Position numbers and translations under genes: made by a program. Positions 20,001-30,632 of a DNA stretch of 64,000 bases are shown here, piece by piece. Below the pieces are notes generated by a model. The model was not told the DNA's origin. It saw nothing but the letters and a program-made list of their open reading frames with translations, and searched no databases. Positions within the stretch are counted from its first letter, which is position 1; every line of letters starts with the position of its first letter. Source of the DNA: Nostoc sp. DedSLP01 (GTDB lineage: Bacteria; Cyanobacteriota; Cyanobacteriia; Cyanobacteriales; Nostocaceae); NCBI GenBank assembly GCA_034530875.2, contig JAVRCJ020000018.1:96001-160000 (forward strand), in the 5' to 3' direction.

Positions 20001-23000
20001 ATAGTTCACGGTCATATTCTCCATTGGAAAGAACATGCTAGAGTCTGTATCGATCCTTTGTTGGATGGCGTGCAGACAGGGTTAGAATTTGGCGATTTAG
20101 AATGGTCTGGTTACGATTTTTTCTATGCTTGCGACCAGATGTTTTTTATTGGTCAGCCGCTAGAAGCAGTTGCACAGAAGCAAGCCCAACATCTTGATTC
20201 TGTTATCAAACTCAAACTCGATTTTCCTAGTTTTTACCTCAAGAGTTGGCGAATTACAGTCTTAAAATTACTCGACGCACCAGAGGAAGAATATCATTGT
20301 CATGGCGAAATTCTCGATGCTGATACGCTGTTAACAAAAATAATTAAAGTCGAGAACAATATGTTATTGTTTGCGGCTTATTTTTCCAGGGTTGTTCTCT
20401 ATTATTTTACTAAAGATTACGAGCGATCGCTCCACTATACGACTTTATCAGAAAAACATTTAGGAGGAGTCAACGGTATTAGTCTCAATGGCACTTATAG
20501 GTTATATTATTCTCTTGCTTTGTTAGCTCAATATCCCCATGTTTCCAAGGAAGAACAATCACAAATTATCGAAAAAGTTACCGAAAATCAACAGAAATTA
20601 CAAGAATGGGCAATTCATGCTCCGATGAACTTTCAGCACAAATACGATTTAGTGGAAGCAGAAAAAGCGCGAGTTTTGGGGCAAAGTTTAGTAGCAATGG
20701 ATCTGTACGATCGCGCCATCTCTAACGCCAAAGAACAAGGATTTCTCCATGAAGAAGCAGTAGCCTCAGAATTAGCAGCTGAGTTTTATTTTGCGCGTGG
20801 TAGGGAGAACGTTGCTAGAGATTATTTAACCCAATCTTACTATGCTTACGCTCAGTGGGGAGCAAACCTCAAACTGAAAGCTTTTGAGGCCAAATATCCA
20901 CATATTTTCTCCCGCACGCTGAAGCGAAAAACTAAAAGTTTGGAGGTCAATCAGACAATTAGCTCTACAACGACCGGTAGTCCTGGGGTTTTAGATTTAG
21001 CCGCAGTTATGAAAGCATCGCAAGCACTTTCTGGAGAAATTGTCCTGGATAAATTGCTGACTAATTTGATGCAAATTTTAATTGAAAATGCAGGTGCCCA
21101 AAAGGGATTTTTAATTTTAGAAACAGCAGAAAAATTACAAATAGCAGCTTCAGGAAGTATAGATAAACATGAAATTAATATCGAGCGATCGCTTCCTGTA
21201 GAAACTAGTCAGCAGCTACCAATTTCTATTATCAACTACGTCCAGAGAACCCAGAAAGATGTTGTTCTCAATGATGCTAACAATGAAAATGTATTTAACC
21301 TCGATAACTATATCCTCACCCAAAAGCCTAAATCTATTTTATGTACGCCAATCGTCAATCAAGGAAAGCTGATTGCTATTCTTTATTTAGAAAATAATTT
21401 AACAACTGGGGCATTTACACCAGAACGTTTGGAAGTGTTAAAACTTTTATCATCGCAAGCGGCAATCTCAATTGAAAATGCGCGTCTTTATCACGATTTA
21501 GAAGAGTATAATAGAACGCTGGAAGTCAGAGTCAAAGAACGAACTCTAGAATTACAAGCTAAAAATTTGCAACTGCAACAAGAAATTTGCGATCGCCAAA
21601 AAGCAGAAGAAGTCGCAGCGGCCGCCAACCGCGCCAAAAGCGAGTTTTTAGCTAGTATGAGTCACGAACTCCGCACGCCGCTTAATGGGATTTTAGGCTA
21701 TGCTCAAATTTTTAAGAAAAATCAAAACTTAACAACTCAGCAACAGAATGGTGTAAACATCATTCATCAATGCGGCGAACATCTATTAACGCTAATTAAT
21801 GATATTTTAGATATCTCTAAAATTGAAGCTCGCAAATTAGAATTATATCCCACAGAATTTTACTTTCCAGATTTTATTGAAGGTATTGTACAAATCTGCC
21901 GTATCCGTAGCGAACAAAAAGGAATTGCTTTAATTTATCAGCAACTTTCTGGGCTACCTAAAGTTGTGAAAGCGGATGAAAAACGTTTGCGCCAGGTTTT
22001 AATTAATCTACTGAGTAATGCTGTCAAATTTACAGAAAAAGGTACTGTAACTTTTCAGGTAGGATATCATGAGGGAAAATTAAGGTTTCAAGTAGAAGAT
22101 ACTGGAATCGGTATTGCCGAAGAACAATTAGAAGAAATATTTTTGCCATTTAAGCAAGTAGGCGAAGATAGCCGCAAGACTGAAGGCACAGGATTAGGTT
22201 TGGCAATTAGCCGTCAATTAGTTGAAATGATGGGCGGTGAAATTAAGGTGAAAAGTACCTTAGGTAAAGGTAGTATTTTCTGGATAGATTTAGTTTTACC
22301 CGAAGTTTTATCACCAATTAGCGTGAATAAATTTGACGAACGTAACATTATTAGTTTTATAGGCGACAAAAAGAAAGTTTTAGTAGTAGATGATAAATGG
22401 CAAAATCGTTCTGTTTTAGTAAATTTATTAGAGCCTTTAGGTTTTGAAGTTTTAGAAGCCACAGATGGTTTAGACTGTCTCAAAAAAGCACCAGAGTTTA
22501 AGCCAGATGTGATTTTTATGGACTTAGTTATGAGTGTGATGGATGGTTTTGAAGCCACCCGTCGTTTGAGAATGTTACCAGAGTTAAAGGAAGCAGTAGT
22601 AATTGCTATATCAGCCAGCGTTTTTGATTTTGATAAAGAACAGAGTCGAGAAGTAGGTTGTGATGATTTTCTTCCCAAGCCGTTCCGAGTTGAGGAACTT
22701 TTAGAAAAGTTAAGAGTTTACTTGGGATTGGAATGGGTATATGAAGAAATAAAAAACGATCTTACAAAGCCAGAAGATGTTAAATTAAAATCAAAAATTC
22801 AAAATCAAGATTTGATTGCTCCTCCAGCAGAGGAAATGGCAATTTTACTCGACTTAGCAATCAGGGGTAACCTAAGGAGTATTGCACAAAGAGCAGCAAA
22901 ACTAGAAGAGTTGGATGAAAAGTGGTTGCCGTTTGCTACTCATTTACGCCAACTGGCTAAAGAATTTAAATGCAAACAAATCGTAAGTTTCATTAAAGAA

Positions 23001-23018
23001 TATTCACAGTCAAGATGA
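17022..23018 (+). CDS. Ser/Thr kinase-AAA ATPase-GAF-histidine kinase-receiver hybrid (HstK/Pkn type)
   Basis: HKDIKPHN, DFS, YMSPEQTGRMNR; Walker A GYSGIGKS; LDDLQWAD; GAF; SHELRTPL; receiver FMDLVM. Confidence 0.95.
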   Translation: MNISIAGYNIIELLYDGTTTCVYRGLRESDQKSVIIKTLKSEYPTIEQVSRLRHEYKILQNLEIEGIVKPLSLDNYQNGLALILSDFAGETLKNFIINNNLPLNIFLDIAIQLASTLAQLHQANIIHKDIKPHNILINPDTGKVKIIDFSISSCLSQENLNASNSNLLEGTLAYMSPEQTGRMNRSIDYRSDFYSLGVTFYEMLTGHLPFQAHDSLELVHYHIAKIPIPPQEINSEIPSVVSDIVMKLLAKTAEDRYQNALGLKADLEQCLRQLQTTGKIQNFIVGQLDLYSQFVIPQKLYGREKEVAILMNAFERVANPPMSPLAKGGLRGVEMMLVSGYSGIGKSCLVNEVHKPIVRQRGYFISGKFDQFKRNIPYTSLIQAFQELIRQLLTESSEQITIWQAKLLAALGNNAQVIIDVIPEVERITGSQPDVPQLGPTESQNRFNRLFKQFIHVFCQAEHPLVVFLDDLQWADSASLKLIQLLAGDADSQYLLLIGAYRDNEVNATHPLILTLEEIQKSGAVVNNIVLQPLRISHVNQLASDTLHTSLEKSEPLADLVYNKTQGNPFFLTQLLKSLYQERLLLFNFNEHYWQWDIHRLENIDITDNVVELMVSQIQKLLPTTQNVLKLAACIGDKFTLDILSIVNQKSLSETAKDLWESLQAGLVLPLNQSYKIPLVFDSANITNVPENGQSKIIYKFLHDRVQQAAYTLILPEDKKQTHLKIGELLLKHTPEAELEENIFEIVNQLNVGAQLISQQSQKDELAQLNLIAGKKAKAATAYETAVRYLSTGLELLSDDSWDRKYNLTLDLYVEATGAEYLNLNVERATNLAEVVLKQAKSLLDKVKIYELQMLFYIQRNQMKTALETGLKVLDMMGVTLATVPPEKMDVEELANRPEMTNAEHLAIMRILVSCAAPAYATTPEVFPSIAFTLVNQSVERGNTSLSAFGYALYGLILCALLGDIETGYRYGKLGLKLLEQFNAKQLKAAVHNIVHGHILHWKEHARVCIDPLLDGVQTGLEFGDLEWSGYDFFYACDQMFFIGQPLEAVAQKQAQHLDSVIKLKLDFPSFYLKSWRITVLKLLDAPEEEYHCHGEILDADTLLTKIIKVENNMLLFAAYFSRVVLYYFTKDYERSLHYTTLSEKHLGGVNGISLNGTYRLYYSLALLAQYPHVSKEEQSQIIEKVTENQQKLQEWAIHAPMNFQHKYDLVEAEKARVLGQSLVAMDLYDRAISNAKEQGFLHEEAVASELAAEFYFARGRENVARDYLTQSYYAYAQWGANLKLKAFEAKYPHIFSRTLKRKTKSLEVNQTISSTTTGSPGVLDLAAVMKASQALSGEIVLDKLLTNLMQILIENAGAQKGFLILETAEKLQIAASGSIDKHEINIERSLPVETSQQLPISIINYVQRTQKDVVLNDANNENVFNLDNYILTQKPKSILCTPIVNQGKLIAILYLENNLTTGAFTPERLEVLKLLSSQAAISIENARLYHDLEEYNRTLEVRVKERTLELQAKNLQLQQEICDRQKAEEVAAAANRAKSEFLASMSHELRTPLNGILGYAQIFKKNQNLTTQQQNGVNIIHQCGEHLLTLINDILDISKIEARKLELYPTEFYFPDFIEGIVQICRIRSEQKGIALIYQQLSGLPKVVKADEKRLRQVLINLLSNAVKFTEKGTVTFQVGYHEGKLRFQVEDTGIGIAEEQLEEIFLPFKQVGEDSRKTEGTGLGLAISRQLVEMMGGEIKVKSTLGKGSIFWIDLVLPEVLSPISVNKFDERNIISFIGDKKKVLVVDDKWQNRSVLVNLLEPLGFEVLEATDGLDCLKKAPEFKPDVIFMDLVMSVMDGFEATRRLRMLPELKEAVVIAISASVFDFDKEQSREVGCDDFLPKPFRVEELLEKLRVYLGLEWVYEEIKNDLTKPEDVKLKSKIQNQDLIAPPAEEMAILLDLAIRGNLRSIAQRAAKLEELDEKWLPFATHLRQLAKEFKCKQIVSFIKEYSQSR
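17977..18019. repeat. CCCCTTGCTAAGGGG nested palindromic repeat inserted in-frame in the kinase
   Basis: ACCCCCCT..TCCCCCCTT-GCT-AAGGGGGGA..AGGGGGGT; relatives at 14796-14820 and 58682-58754. Confidence 0.75.
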
Positions 23019-23332
23019 ATACAGTTAACAACTTAGAAGGGAAAAGGGAAATGCTCCTAATTAAAATTAAGAGATTTATCTAAGTACATATTTCTTTTGT
23101 GACTATAATGTATCGAAAAAAATGTTTTCACTTGTGTTAATAAATAATGGTGCTACTGGCCTACAATTGGCACAAAATTCGATGCAATTGCCTGTTGACC
23201 TTTCCCTGCCCTAAATCTAGATTTCTAGAGTTTTCGTAGCTTATTTCTATTTATTCCCTGCTACTTAATTTAGTAGTCAACTGTATAAATTATTTTCCTT
23301 TTTACTCTCGGTGTGATTTTAAAAGAGGTTTT

Positions 23333-25333
23333 ATGGATCCTGATTTTAATGATAAAGGCGTTATCTTAATTGTCGATGACAACCCGGCAAATTTAGAAAT
23401 GTTGCTGGAGTTCTTAGCTGATGCAGGATTTACTGTTTTGGTTGCGGAAGATGGCGAAAGCGCGATCGCTGGATGCGAATATGCCCCACCAGACATGATT
23501 CTGTTAGACATATTAATGCCAGTAATCGACGGTTTTGAAACTTGCCAGCGTTTGAAAGCGAATCCTTTAACACAGGATATTCCAATTATTTTCATGACCG
23601 CACTCACGGAAAGCGTCGATAAAGTCAAAGGCTTGAGTTTGGGAGCAGTGGATTATATTACTAAACCGCTACAGCACGAAGAAGTTTTAGCGCGGATTGA
23701 ACTTCATTTAAAGCTGCGTAACTTAACCAAGACACTACAAGAGCAAAATCAGCGTTTAGAGAAGGAAATTGCTGAGCGCAAGCAAGCGGAACAAAAAATC
23801 CGCGAACAAGCTGCTTTGCTAGATATCACTACAGATGCAATTCTCGTTAGAGATTTCAACAATCAAATCAGCTTTTGGAACCGAGGGGCTGAAAATTTAT
23901 ACGGATGGCAAGCAACAGAAGTAATTAGTAAAGATGCTAATCAAATTTTGTATCGGCCGGATTTTTTACCACAACTACAAAATGTCCAAAAAAGTCTTAC
24001 TGAGTATGGCTATTGGCAAGGTGAGTTAGAGCAAGTTACCAGAGAAGGTAAAAAAATTATTGTTGCTAGTCGCTGGACTTTAATGGGCGATCGAGATGGA
24101 CAACCTAAATCGATTCTGACAGTTAACACTGATATTACAGAAAGAAAACAACTTGAAACTCAATTTCTCCGCACTCAGCGTTTAGAAAGTTTGGGTACCC
24201 TTGCTGGCGGCATTGCCCATGACTTAAACAATATACTGACACCAATTTTATCAGCCGCACAATTACTACAACTAAAACATCCTGATTCTGATGAATGGAG
24301 TCAGCAAATGTTTAAAATGATAGAAACGAACACTAAACGGGGAGCAGCTTTAGTTAAGCAAGTGCTACAGTTTGCCCGCGGAGTTGATGGGAAGCGAACA
24401 ATTGTTTTAATTAACAATTTGTTCTCAGAAATTGAACAGATTGTGCATGGCACATTTCCCAAATCCATAGAATTTTCTCTTAATATTCAGCCAGACCTTT
24501 GGGCTGTAATTGGAGATGGCACGCATTTGCATCAAGTAATGATGAATCTGATAGTCAATGCTCGTGATGCCATGCCCAATGGTGGTACTCTCAGTATTTC
24601 TGCAAAAAATTTGTTAATTGACGAACAATATGTGCGGATGAATTTAGAGGCTAATGTCGGCCCCTACATTGTCATCACTGTTGCGGATACAGGAATTGGA
24701 ATGTCGCCAGAAATCTTAGATAGAATATTTGAACCGTTTTTCACTACTAAAGAGATTGGTAAAGGTACGGGTTTGGGTCTTTCAACAGTGAGAGGAATCG
24801 TCAAAAGTCACGATGGTTTTATTAACGTGCATAGCGAAATTGGTAAAGGAACTGAATTTAAATTGTTCTTACCAGCGATAAAGACAATGGCAACATCACT
24901 AACCGAAAATCTCGATTTCCCATTTGGAAATCAAGAATTAATTTTAGTTGTAGATGATGAAGCGAAAATTCTCGAAACGACTCAAAATTCATTAGAAAGC
25001 TATAACTACAAAGTAGTAACTGCCAAAGATGGTATTGAAGCGATCGCACTTTATGCCCGCTACCAAGATAAAATCAGCGTAGTTTTGGTAGATATGATGA
25101 TGCCGTTAATGGATGGCACAATTACCATTCGCACATTGCAAAAAATGAATCCATCAGTCAAGATTATTGCTGTTAGCGGTATACTGGGCAGCAATAAAAT
25201 TACCAAAAATGCGACTGTCAACAAATTTATTTCTAAGCCCTATACAACTCAAGAATTATTGCAAACTTTACACGAGGTTATTTGCCAAGAACCAACAAAT
25301 GTTACTCCCAGTTTCACCAATCAGGTTATTTAA
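23333..25333 (+). CDS. Hybrid sensor kinase/response regulator (REC-PAS-HK-REC)
   Basis: [42 protein letters not shown]. Confidence 0.94.
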   Translation: MDPDFNDKGVILIVDDNPANLEMLLEFLADAGFTVLVAEDGESAIAGCEYAPPDMILLDILMPVIDGFETCQRLKANPLTQDIPIIFMTALTESVDKVKGLSLGAVDYITKPLQHEEVLARIELHLKLRNLTKTLQEQNQRLEKEIAERKQAEQKIREQAALLDITTDAILVRDFNNQISFWNRGAENLYGWQATEVISKDANQILYRPDFLPQLQNVQKSLTEYGYWQGELEQVTREGKKIIVASRWTLMGDRDGQPKSILTVNTDITERKQLETQFLRTQRLESLGTLAGGIAHDLNNILTPILSAAQLLQLKHPDSDEWSQQMFKMIETNTKRGAALVKQVLQFARGVDGKRTIVLINNLFSEIEQIVHGTFPKSIEFSLNIQPDLWAVIGDGTHLHQVMMNLIVNARDAMPNGGTLSISAKNLLIDEQYVRMNLEANVGPYIVITVADTGIGMSPEILDRIFEPFFTTKEIGKGTGLGLSTVRGIVKSHDGFINVHSEIGKGTEFKLFLPAIKTMATSLTENLDFPFGNQELILVVDDEAKILETTQNSLESYNYKVVTAKDGIEAIALYARYQDKISVVLVDMMMPLMDGTITIRTLQKMNPSVKIIAVSGILGSNKITKNATVNKFISKPYTTQELLQTLHEVICQEPTNVTPSFTNQVI

Positions 25334-25341
25334 ATTGAGTT

Positions 25342-25470
25342 GGAGTGTGGGGAGTGTGGGGAGTGTGGGGAGATGGGGAGTGTGGGGAGTGTGGGGAGTG
25401 TGGGGAGATGGGGAGTGTGGGGAGAAAGAGAATTTATGCCCCCCTCTCTTCCCACACCTCCCACACCCCT
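25342..25470. repeat. GGGGAGTGT tandem array, unique core and inverted CCCACACCT arm, copy 1
   Basis: 30-nt core 25410-25439 is identical to 62129-62158; lies between convergent genes. Confidence 0.85.
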
Positions 25471-25498
25471 GGATTTATCACAAGTGATAAATCCAGGA

Positions 25499-26137
25499 TT
25501 ATGTTCCCGCACGAGAGCGAAGATCGTCTGGTATATGATGGCGATCGCCTAATATTTCTAACAAAGGGCCATTAACGTCAAATTTCACCATACTTACCGA
25601 CGCGACCAAAATATTCACCCGGTAGCGATAGCGCCCTAAATCAATTCCCAGCAAACTGCAAAGCATAATCCGAATTGTGGCTTTATGGGAAACTACTAGA
25701 ACATTACCTTGGGGATGTTTTTCTTGAATTTCAGCAATTACAGGCATAGAACGGTTAACAATATCCACCGCAGTTTCTCCACCTAGCGGTGCATTCCAGG
25801 CTGGTTCTGTCAACCATTTTACATAGTTTTCTGGGTAATTCTCTTGAACAAACGATTTACTCTTAGTTTCCCATTCGCCGTAACTACCTTCTCTAAGTCC
25901 GTCACGCAACTGCATATCCATGCCGATAGCATCACAAAATGGCTTAGCAGTTGCAATTGTGCGCTTCATCGGGCTAACATAAACTGCTTCCCACTTTAAT
26001 TTTCGATAAACATCGGCAAAACTCTCTGCCATCTGTATCCCTTCAGAAGTCAACTGCGCATCAGTTTCACCGCAGAAATTACCACTCTGGCTAAAAGTAG
26101 TTTCTCCATGTCGCAGTAAATATAAATTTAGTGTCAT
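25499..26137 (-). CDS. Histidine phosphatase (phosphoglycerate mutase-like) family protein
   Basis: LYLLRHGET, SPMKRT, LREGSYGEWE, VVSHK; start set to ATG 26137. Confidence 0.92.
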   Translation of the reverse strand: MTLNLYLLRHGETTFSQSGNFCGETDAQLTSEGIQMAESFADVYRKLKWEAVYVSPMKRTIATAKPFCDAIGMDMQLRDGLREGSYGEWETKSKSFVQENYPENYVKWLTEPAWNAPLGGETAVDIVNRSMPVIAEIQEKHPQGNVLVVSHKATIRIMLCSLLGIDLGRYRYRVNILVASVSMVKFDVNGPLLEILGDRHHIPDDLRSRAGT

Positions 26138-26394
26138 AGCTTGTATTGCGATTGGGATAAAGGAGTTTGTGCAAACATAAAGTAACATCAATTTTGCAAT
26201 CGAGTATGTGACACCAGGACAAAGTAATCAGCCAAAAAAGTCAATTAAACACAAATTGATGCATTATCCTTCTGCGATCGCCAATTATTACCATCTTGGA
26301 GTTATAAATTATTTTTGATAAATCTAGCTATTGCTAGATGTTGTTATTTTGCTAAAAGCTATAATCTACATCTGTTGCACCGAGAGATTCACTT

Positions 26395-27729
26395 GTGGAT
26401 GCCATATTAGAACGATCGCAGGAATTAAAACAAGCTTTAGTTGATTTCGTCCTCGACGCAGAAGGCGAACTAGCACAAGCGCTGGAGACTTACGCAGCCG
26501 CACAGTTGCGGCGTGGAAGTGGCGATAGTACGCAGCAAGACTTAATTGTAGACACCTTTGTTACGGAAGGTAAAGTCGGCGATCGCTCTCCATTAGATTT
26601 GTTTATCGAAAGCCATCCAGATTTAGACGAGAGCGATCGTAGTTTAATCGCTAGTTGGCATCGCAGTTTTATTGGCTTATTTGCCATTACTAACATCCTA
26701 CCTGATGGTTTTGAATTAACCAACTGGCTGACAGATAAACACTACATCGTCAAACCAAACAATCCTCAAACATTACAGGCAATATCTCGTTTGAAAGTCG
26801 GAGAAATTTTATTAACTCGCATTTCTCCTATTACCGATACTTACTGGATGTTCTCTGGGCCTTACACACTCATGGGTAAATTAGGGAAACCAAAACTTGC
26901 AGTAGCAATTGGTAACTTTAAGCAAAATTATAAAAGTAATCTTTACAGCGATGCTCCCGAATTACTAGAAGAAGCTTGGGAATCAGTAGTAAAATATCAT
27001 CAACAATTTGTAGAATTTTTTGGTAGCGATGAAATTACATTACCCGGTTACCAACTAAATAAAAAAATAGCTGAATTTCAAGAATTAATTACAGAAAAAA
27101 CCTTGGCAGCAGCAGGGATTGATACTTCTAAATCTCTTTCTGAAGTTGCACAAGAAGCTGGTATTGATGATGAGGAAATCAAAGCGGCGGCAGCAGAATT
27201 AGGCGCTGACTCCAATGCAGTTTCTCAGATATTTAACAATAATAAGGGCAATAGCAAAATGGTAATGCCCAAGGTTGATTTACCGCCTGAGCTGAAGAAA
27301 GCAGAACAGGTAACGGCTTTTTCTCATCCTCGCTGGGGGCAAATATTTTTACCAACATATACAAAAGTACAAACAATATTATCAGCACAAGATTGGCAAA
27401 GTGTTGAAGGTGCCCAAAAACTAATTCGCTTCTACCTGGAAGATAAAAGTATTAATGCTTTTATTTGGCATCGATTAGCCAAACAGTATCCAACTCAATT
27501 AGAAAATGTATTGCAAACATTTCTGCAACGTCCAGATTTTCGCCTTGAAAGCGATTTAGATAAACTTTTGCAAGAATTCGACAAACCTATTGAGCCAGAG
27601 TTACCAGAAATTGCTAGCGTCCCGATACATCTACACAATTTATTTCAAGAAGCTTTAACAGAGGTAAATAAATCTAAGCCGAAGAGTAAAGGGCAACAAA
27701 AAACAGCAAAGGGTTTTCAAAAAAGTTAG
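26395..27729 (+). CDS. Hypothetical protein, 444 aa
   Basis: Long ORF; no family recognised. Confidence 0.8.
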   Translation: MDAILERSQELKQALVDFVLDAEGELAQALETYAAAQLRRGSGDSTQQDLIVDTFVTEGKVGDRSPLDLFIESHPDLDESDRSLIASWHRSFIGLFAITNILPDGFELTNWLTDKHYIVKPNNPQTLQAISRLKVGEILLTRISPITDTYWMFSGPYTLMGKLGKPKLAVAIGNFKQNYKSNLYSDAPELLEEAWESVVKYHQQFVEFFGSDEITLPGYQLNKKIAEFQELITEKTLAAAGIDTSKSLSEVAQEAGIDDEEIKAAAAELGADSNAVSQIFNNNKGNSKMVMPKVDLPPELKKAEQVTAFSHPRWGQIFLPTYTKVQTILSAQDWQSVEGAQKLIRFYLEDKSINAFIWHRLAKQYPTQLENVLQTFLQRPDFRLESDLDKLLQEFDKPIEPELPEIASVPIHLHNLFQEALTEVNKSKPKSKGQQKTAKGFQKS

Positions 27730-27744
27730 CAGATAAATTAGTAT

Positions 27745-27776
27745 GTAGGGTGTGTTATGGCGTAGCCTAACGCACC
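27745..27776 (+). repeat. GTAG-type REP-like element
   Basis: GTAGGGTGTGTTATGGCGTAGCCTAACGCACC; an interrupted inverted copy lies at 14879-14955. Confidence 0.7.
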
Positions 27777-27888
27777 GCTAACAATTGAATCTGCTTTACC
27801 GTCAGTAATAAGAAAACGTGAGTTAATTCAAATTGATACTTCTTGCCATACATTGAATTTTTCTCACTAACTTACTAAACATCTAAAG

Positions 27889-28320
27889 CTAGGTAGATAG
27901 TAAGCGAATAATCTCATTTACAATTTCCTCTGGACTCTCAAGCTTGATCATAAATCGATCGAAGCCAGCATTCAATGCTTTGTTGCTTGATACTTCTCGT
28001 GTATAAGAAGTAATAGCGATCGCAGGTAATTGCCTTATAGATGAGGAAGAATGTACTCTAATTTGCTCAATTAACCAATTTCCATCACGATTTGGTAACC
28101 TCATATTGCACAGCAAAAGGGCGGGATTGAGCCTTTCAACTAAAGCCAGGGCTTCTTCTGCATTGGTCAAAGCTATCACCTGGGCGCCAGCTTGTTCCAA
28201 AATGAAGATCAGCAAATCTGCAATCTCTGGCTCATCCTCTACCAATAAGATTGAGATTCCAAACAGGTTATCGAGCGATTTTAACTTAGTTTGTTGGTTG
28301 ATTTTTTGCTCCGTTCCCAT
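27889..28320 (-). CDS. Single-domain response regulator receiver (atypical)
   Basis: ILLVEDE...LLLCNMRLP...AIAITSY...AGFDRFMIK; start set to ATG 28320. Confidence 0.85.
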   Translation of the reverse strand: MGTEQKINQQTKLKSLDNLFGISILLVEDEPEIADLLIFILEQAGAQVIALTNAEEALALVERLNPALLLCNMRLPNRDGNWLIEQIRVHSSSSIRQLPAIAITSYTREVSSNKALNAGFDRFMIKLESPEEIVNEIIRLLST

Positions 28321-28535
28321 ACCGTCTTTTAATTGTCTGTTACAGTACCCCCTTTTTATTGGAACGCATCGACTCAAATAAGTGTTCACCCTAAATACAC
28401 AAATTTGAGATGAAAAGCTCTGACTTGTAAGTGGGGAGTAGGGAGTAGGGAGTAGGGGAAAGGCCACTTTCATACTTGGTGGTGAAACTTGTTTCGTCCT
28501 CCTGCCTCCTTAAACTACATCCCACACCCTTGCTA

Positions 28536-29891
28536 TCACTGAGTTGACACCGTTAAGACTTGCGGCGGTGTAGCATCTGGCGGATAGAGAAAGTCTACTT
28601 GTACTAAAGAGCGATCGCCAGCTTTCATATTTAATGAAACTAGGGGTTCTCCTGGTTGACCTCGCTTTTGTACTAAATGTATAAATTCTGTTTTTGGCTG
28701 ATTTTGTTCGTCTCTATAACGTACCCGCACCGTTCCACGAAAGAATACTTCACGGGCTGGTACACTCAAAAAGCGTAACCCTGGTTTTACTAATCGATCC
28801 TCTTTAATTGGGGTTTGTATCGATACGCTGACAGTTTGAGGACTTTGGGTATTGTTATATAAAGGCAACTTCAGACTGTATTGAATTCCATAGTTGCCAT
28901 GAGCGCGATATGCAGTGTCAGGATAGCGCGCCAACATCTTAGCACTCTGAATTTGACCCGTTCCCAAAGTTCCACCATGCAGGGTACTCAGAGCATAAGA
29001 AAACATTTGACCAGGCTGGGGAATGGTTAAGTACCTAGTTTTAGGATTATCTACTAAAACAGCTCTCCACTGGGAACCATCAACGACTCCAGCAACACGC
29101 CCATAAATTATTGGCTTGCGGGTTTCTTCTAAGGGTGTAGGGGTTTTATCTCTTGGCCCAGCCAAATCGCCATTATTTACTAAATTTTCCCACTCTTCTA
29201 AAGTAGGCGCGCGTTCGCTACCATCGGTATTTGTGCGTGCGAACATGGCTAGGCTAGCTGCATAGACAGTTCCATTACTTTGCAATCGTATTAATGTAGA
29301 CCGACCATTTAGAGGTGGTGTCAATCCCTGCACCGGAATTGGTAAATTTAGTAACATCCGACTTTGCCCTGGCGGAATTTCAATTTGGGCAGGGAAAATA
29401 TTTTGTCGTTGTCCTCTTAATATATCAGTCATGACGCGATCGCCAGGGCCGGCAAAAATTTTACCTAAAGGATTTTGGATAAAGGATGGTAACTCAATAA
29501 ATGGCGCATCCGGTTGACTTAAATAACTCGCTGCTTGCAAAATATTTACCTTCACTGATTCCGAACTGGGGTTATGCAAGATTATCCCCAGATAAAGAGA
29601 ACGTAAATTTTCTGGTGGTTCGGCTCTAGCAACATGGTGAGCAAAAATATCAAATCGTCCTCGAAAAGGAAAATTTAGATGTGCTGTTGGTATTTTTTTC
29701 CCGTCTTTTGGAAAAGTTGAAAGTAAAATTCCCTCTTTCAAAACTAACTCTGGACTATTGCTATTAAATGTTGGCACCTTATCCAACTGACCTGGTAAAG
29801 GGCGTACTTGTTGCGATCGGACTACTTCTTCAGGCGTTGGCATAACAGGTGTAGACTGAGCGATGGGAAAAGCAAGTAACAATGACAACAT
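28536..29891 (-). CDS. DUF3370-type cyanobacterial exported protein
   Basis: VRPLPGQLD..PTFNSNSPE, HGNYGIQY, YPPDATPPQVLTV. Confidence 0.75.
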   Translation of the reverse strand: MLSLLLAFPIAQSTPVMPTPEEVVRSQQVRPLPGQLDKVPTFNSNSPELVLKEGILLSTFPKDGKKIPTAHLNFPFRGRFDIFAHHVARAEPPENLRSLYLGIILHNPSSESVKVNILQAASYLSQPDAPFIELPSFIQNPLGKIFAGPGDRVMTDILRGQRQNIFPAQIEIPPGQSRMLLNLPIPVQGLTPPLNGRSTLIRLQSNGTVYAASLAMFARTNTDGSERAPTLEEWENLVNNGDLAGPRDKTPTPLEETRKPIIYGRVAGVVDGSQWRAVLVDNPKTRYLTIPQPGQMFSYALSTLHGGTLGTGQIQSAKMLARYPDTAYRAHGNYGIQYSLKLPLYNNTQSPQTVSVSIQTPIKEDRLVKPGLRFLSVPAREVFFRGTVRVRYRDEQNQPKTEFIHLVQKRGQPGEPLVSLNMKAGDRSLVQVDFLYPPDATPPQVLTVSTQ

Positions 29892-29914
29892 ATCTTTAAG
29901 TATTAGTTTGAACG

Positions 29915-30027
29915 TACAGGACTCATATTGATTTGTGGGGAGCTAGGTAAACGTATACCCCCTTATTTTCTATTCCCTGTTTCCTCCCTACACAAGTAAT
30001 TCCTGCGAATCAAATGAGATTGCTATA
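29915..30027. repeat. MITE-like element copy D
   Basis: TACAGGACTCATATTGATT ... AATCAAATGAGATTGCTATA. Confidence 0.65.
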
Positions 30028-30034
30028 CAGACTA

Positions 30035-30556
30035 CTAACAACCTGATGAAAGTGCCAGTTTGTTAACAATTAATAAGAAATCGGCAAGAATGCCACTCAA
30101 ATTTTCTCGATCGAGAACTGGAACATGCACAAAGATACAACGCGTCGAGAGTTTGTTTTGTTTCAAGTAGTCCAACACACAATAGTAAAGACCTTCACAG
30201 ACAAATTTTCCACAGTCGTGGCTAATCTCAACTGCCGATGCTCCCGCAGCTAATTTTTCTAAATCAACTTCTGCGTGCAAAACACTTTCTCCACAGGTGG
30301 CGGTTAATTCCACACTTAATTTTGTGCGGCTAGCAGCCATGCCACAACAGATGATGCAATCAGGTTGGATTGCATTAATTTTTTCAATTACCTGAGAACT
30401 GGCCAGTTCTATATTTACGGGTAACGACCGCAAAAAAGTTAAATCATGGGGAAAAAACTGAAGTTTCGTAACTTCTACTAATAAATCATCAGATGAATTT
30501 GACTGTTGATCGGCCAGCCAAGTGTCAAAAGAAGTTAATAGAATTCTTTTCTGCAT
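30035..30556 (-). CDS. Pyroglutamyl-peptidase I (peptidase C15) family protein
   Basis: ILLTSF, SHDCGKFVCE (catalytic Cys), FVHVP (catalytic His). Confidence 0.85.
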   Translation of the reverse strand: MQKRILLTSFDTWLADQQSNSSDDLLVEVTKLQFFPHDLTFLRSLPVNIELASSQVIEKINAIQPDCIICCGMAASRTKLSVELTATCGESVLHAEVDLEKLAAGASAVEISHDCGKFVCEGLYYCVLDYLKQNKLSTRCIFVHVPVLDRENLSGILADFLLIVNKLALSSGC

Positions 30557-30632
30557 AACAAATATTATTTACAATAGGAATATTATTTAGAATAGAAAAA
30601 CCCTCCATAATAATTTTACAAGGAGCCGGTAA

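Noticed and set aside
25342..25470. Possible CRISPR array
   Set aside because: The units are contiguous 8-9-mers with no unique spacers, and no cas genes are in the window.
25167..25575. Short ORFs such as MECGECGECG and MWGVWGVWG (also 62001-62229) that look like Cys-rich or RiPP precursor peptides
   Set aside because: They are alternative translations of the GGGGAGTGT tandem repeat, open in several frames, with no modifying enzymes nearby.
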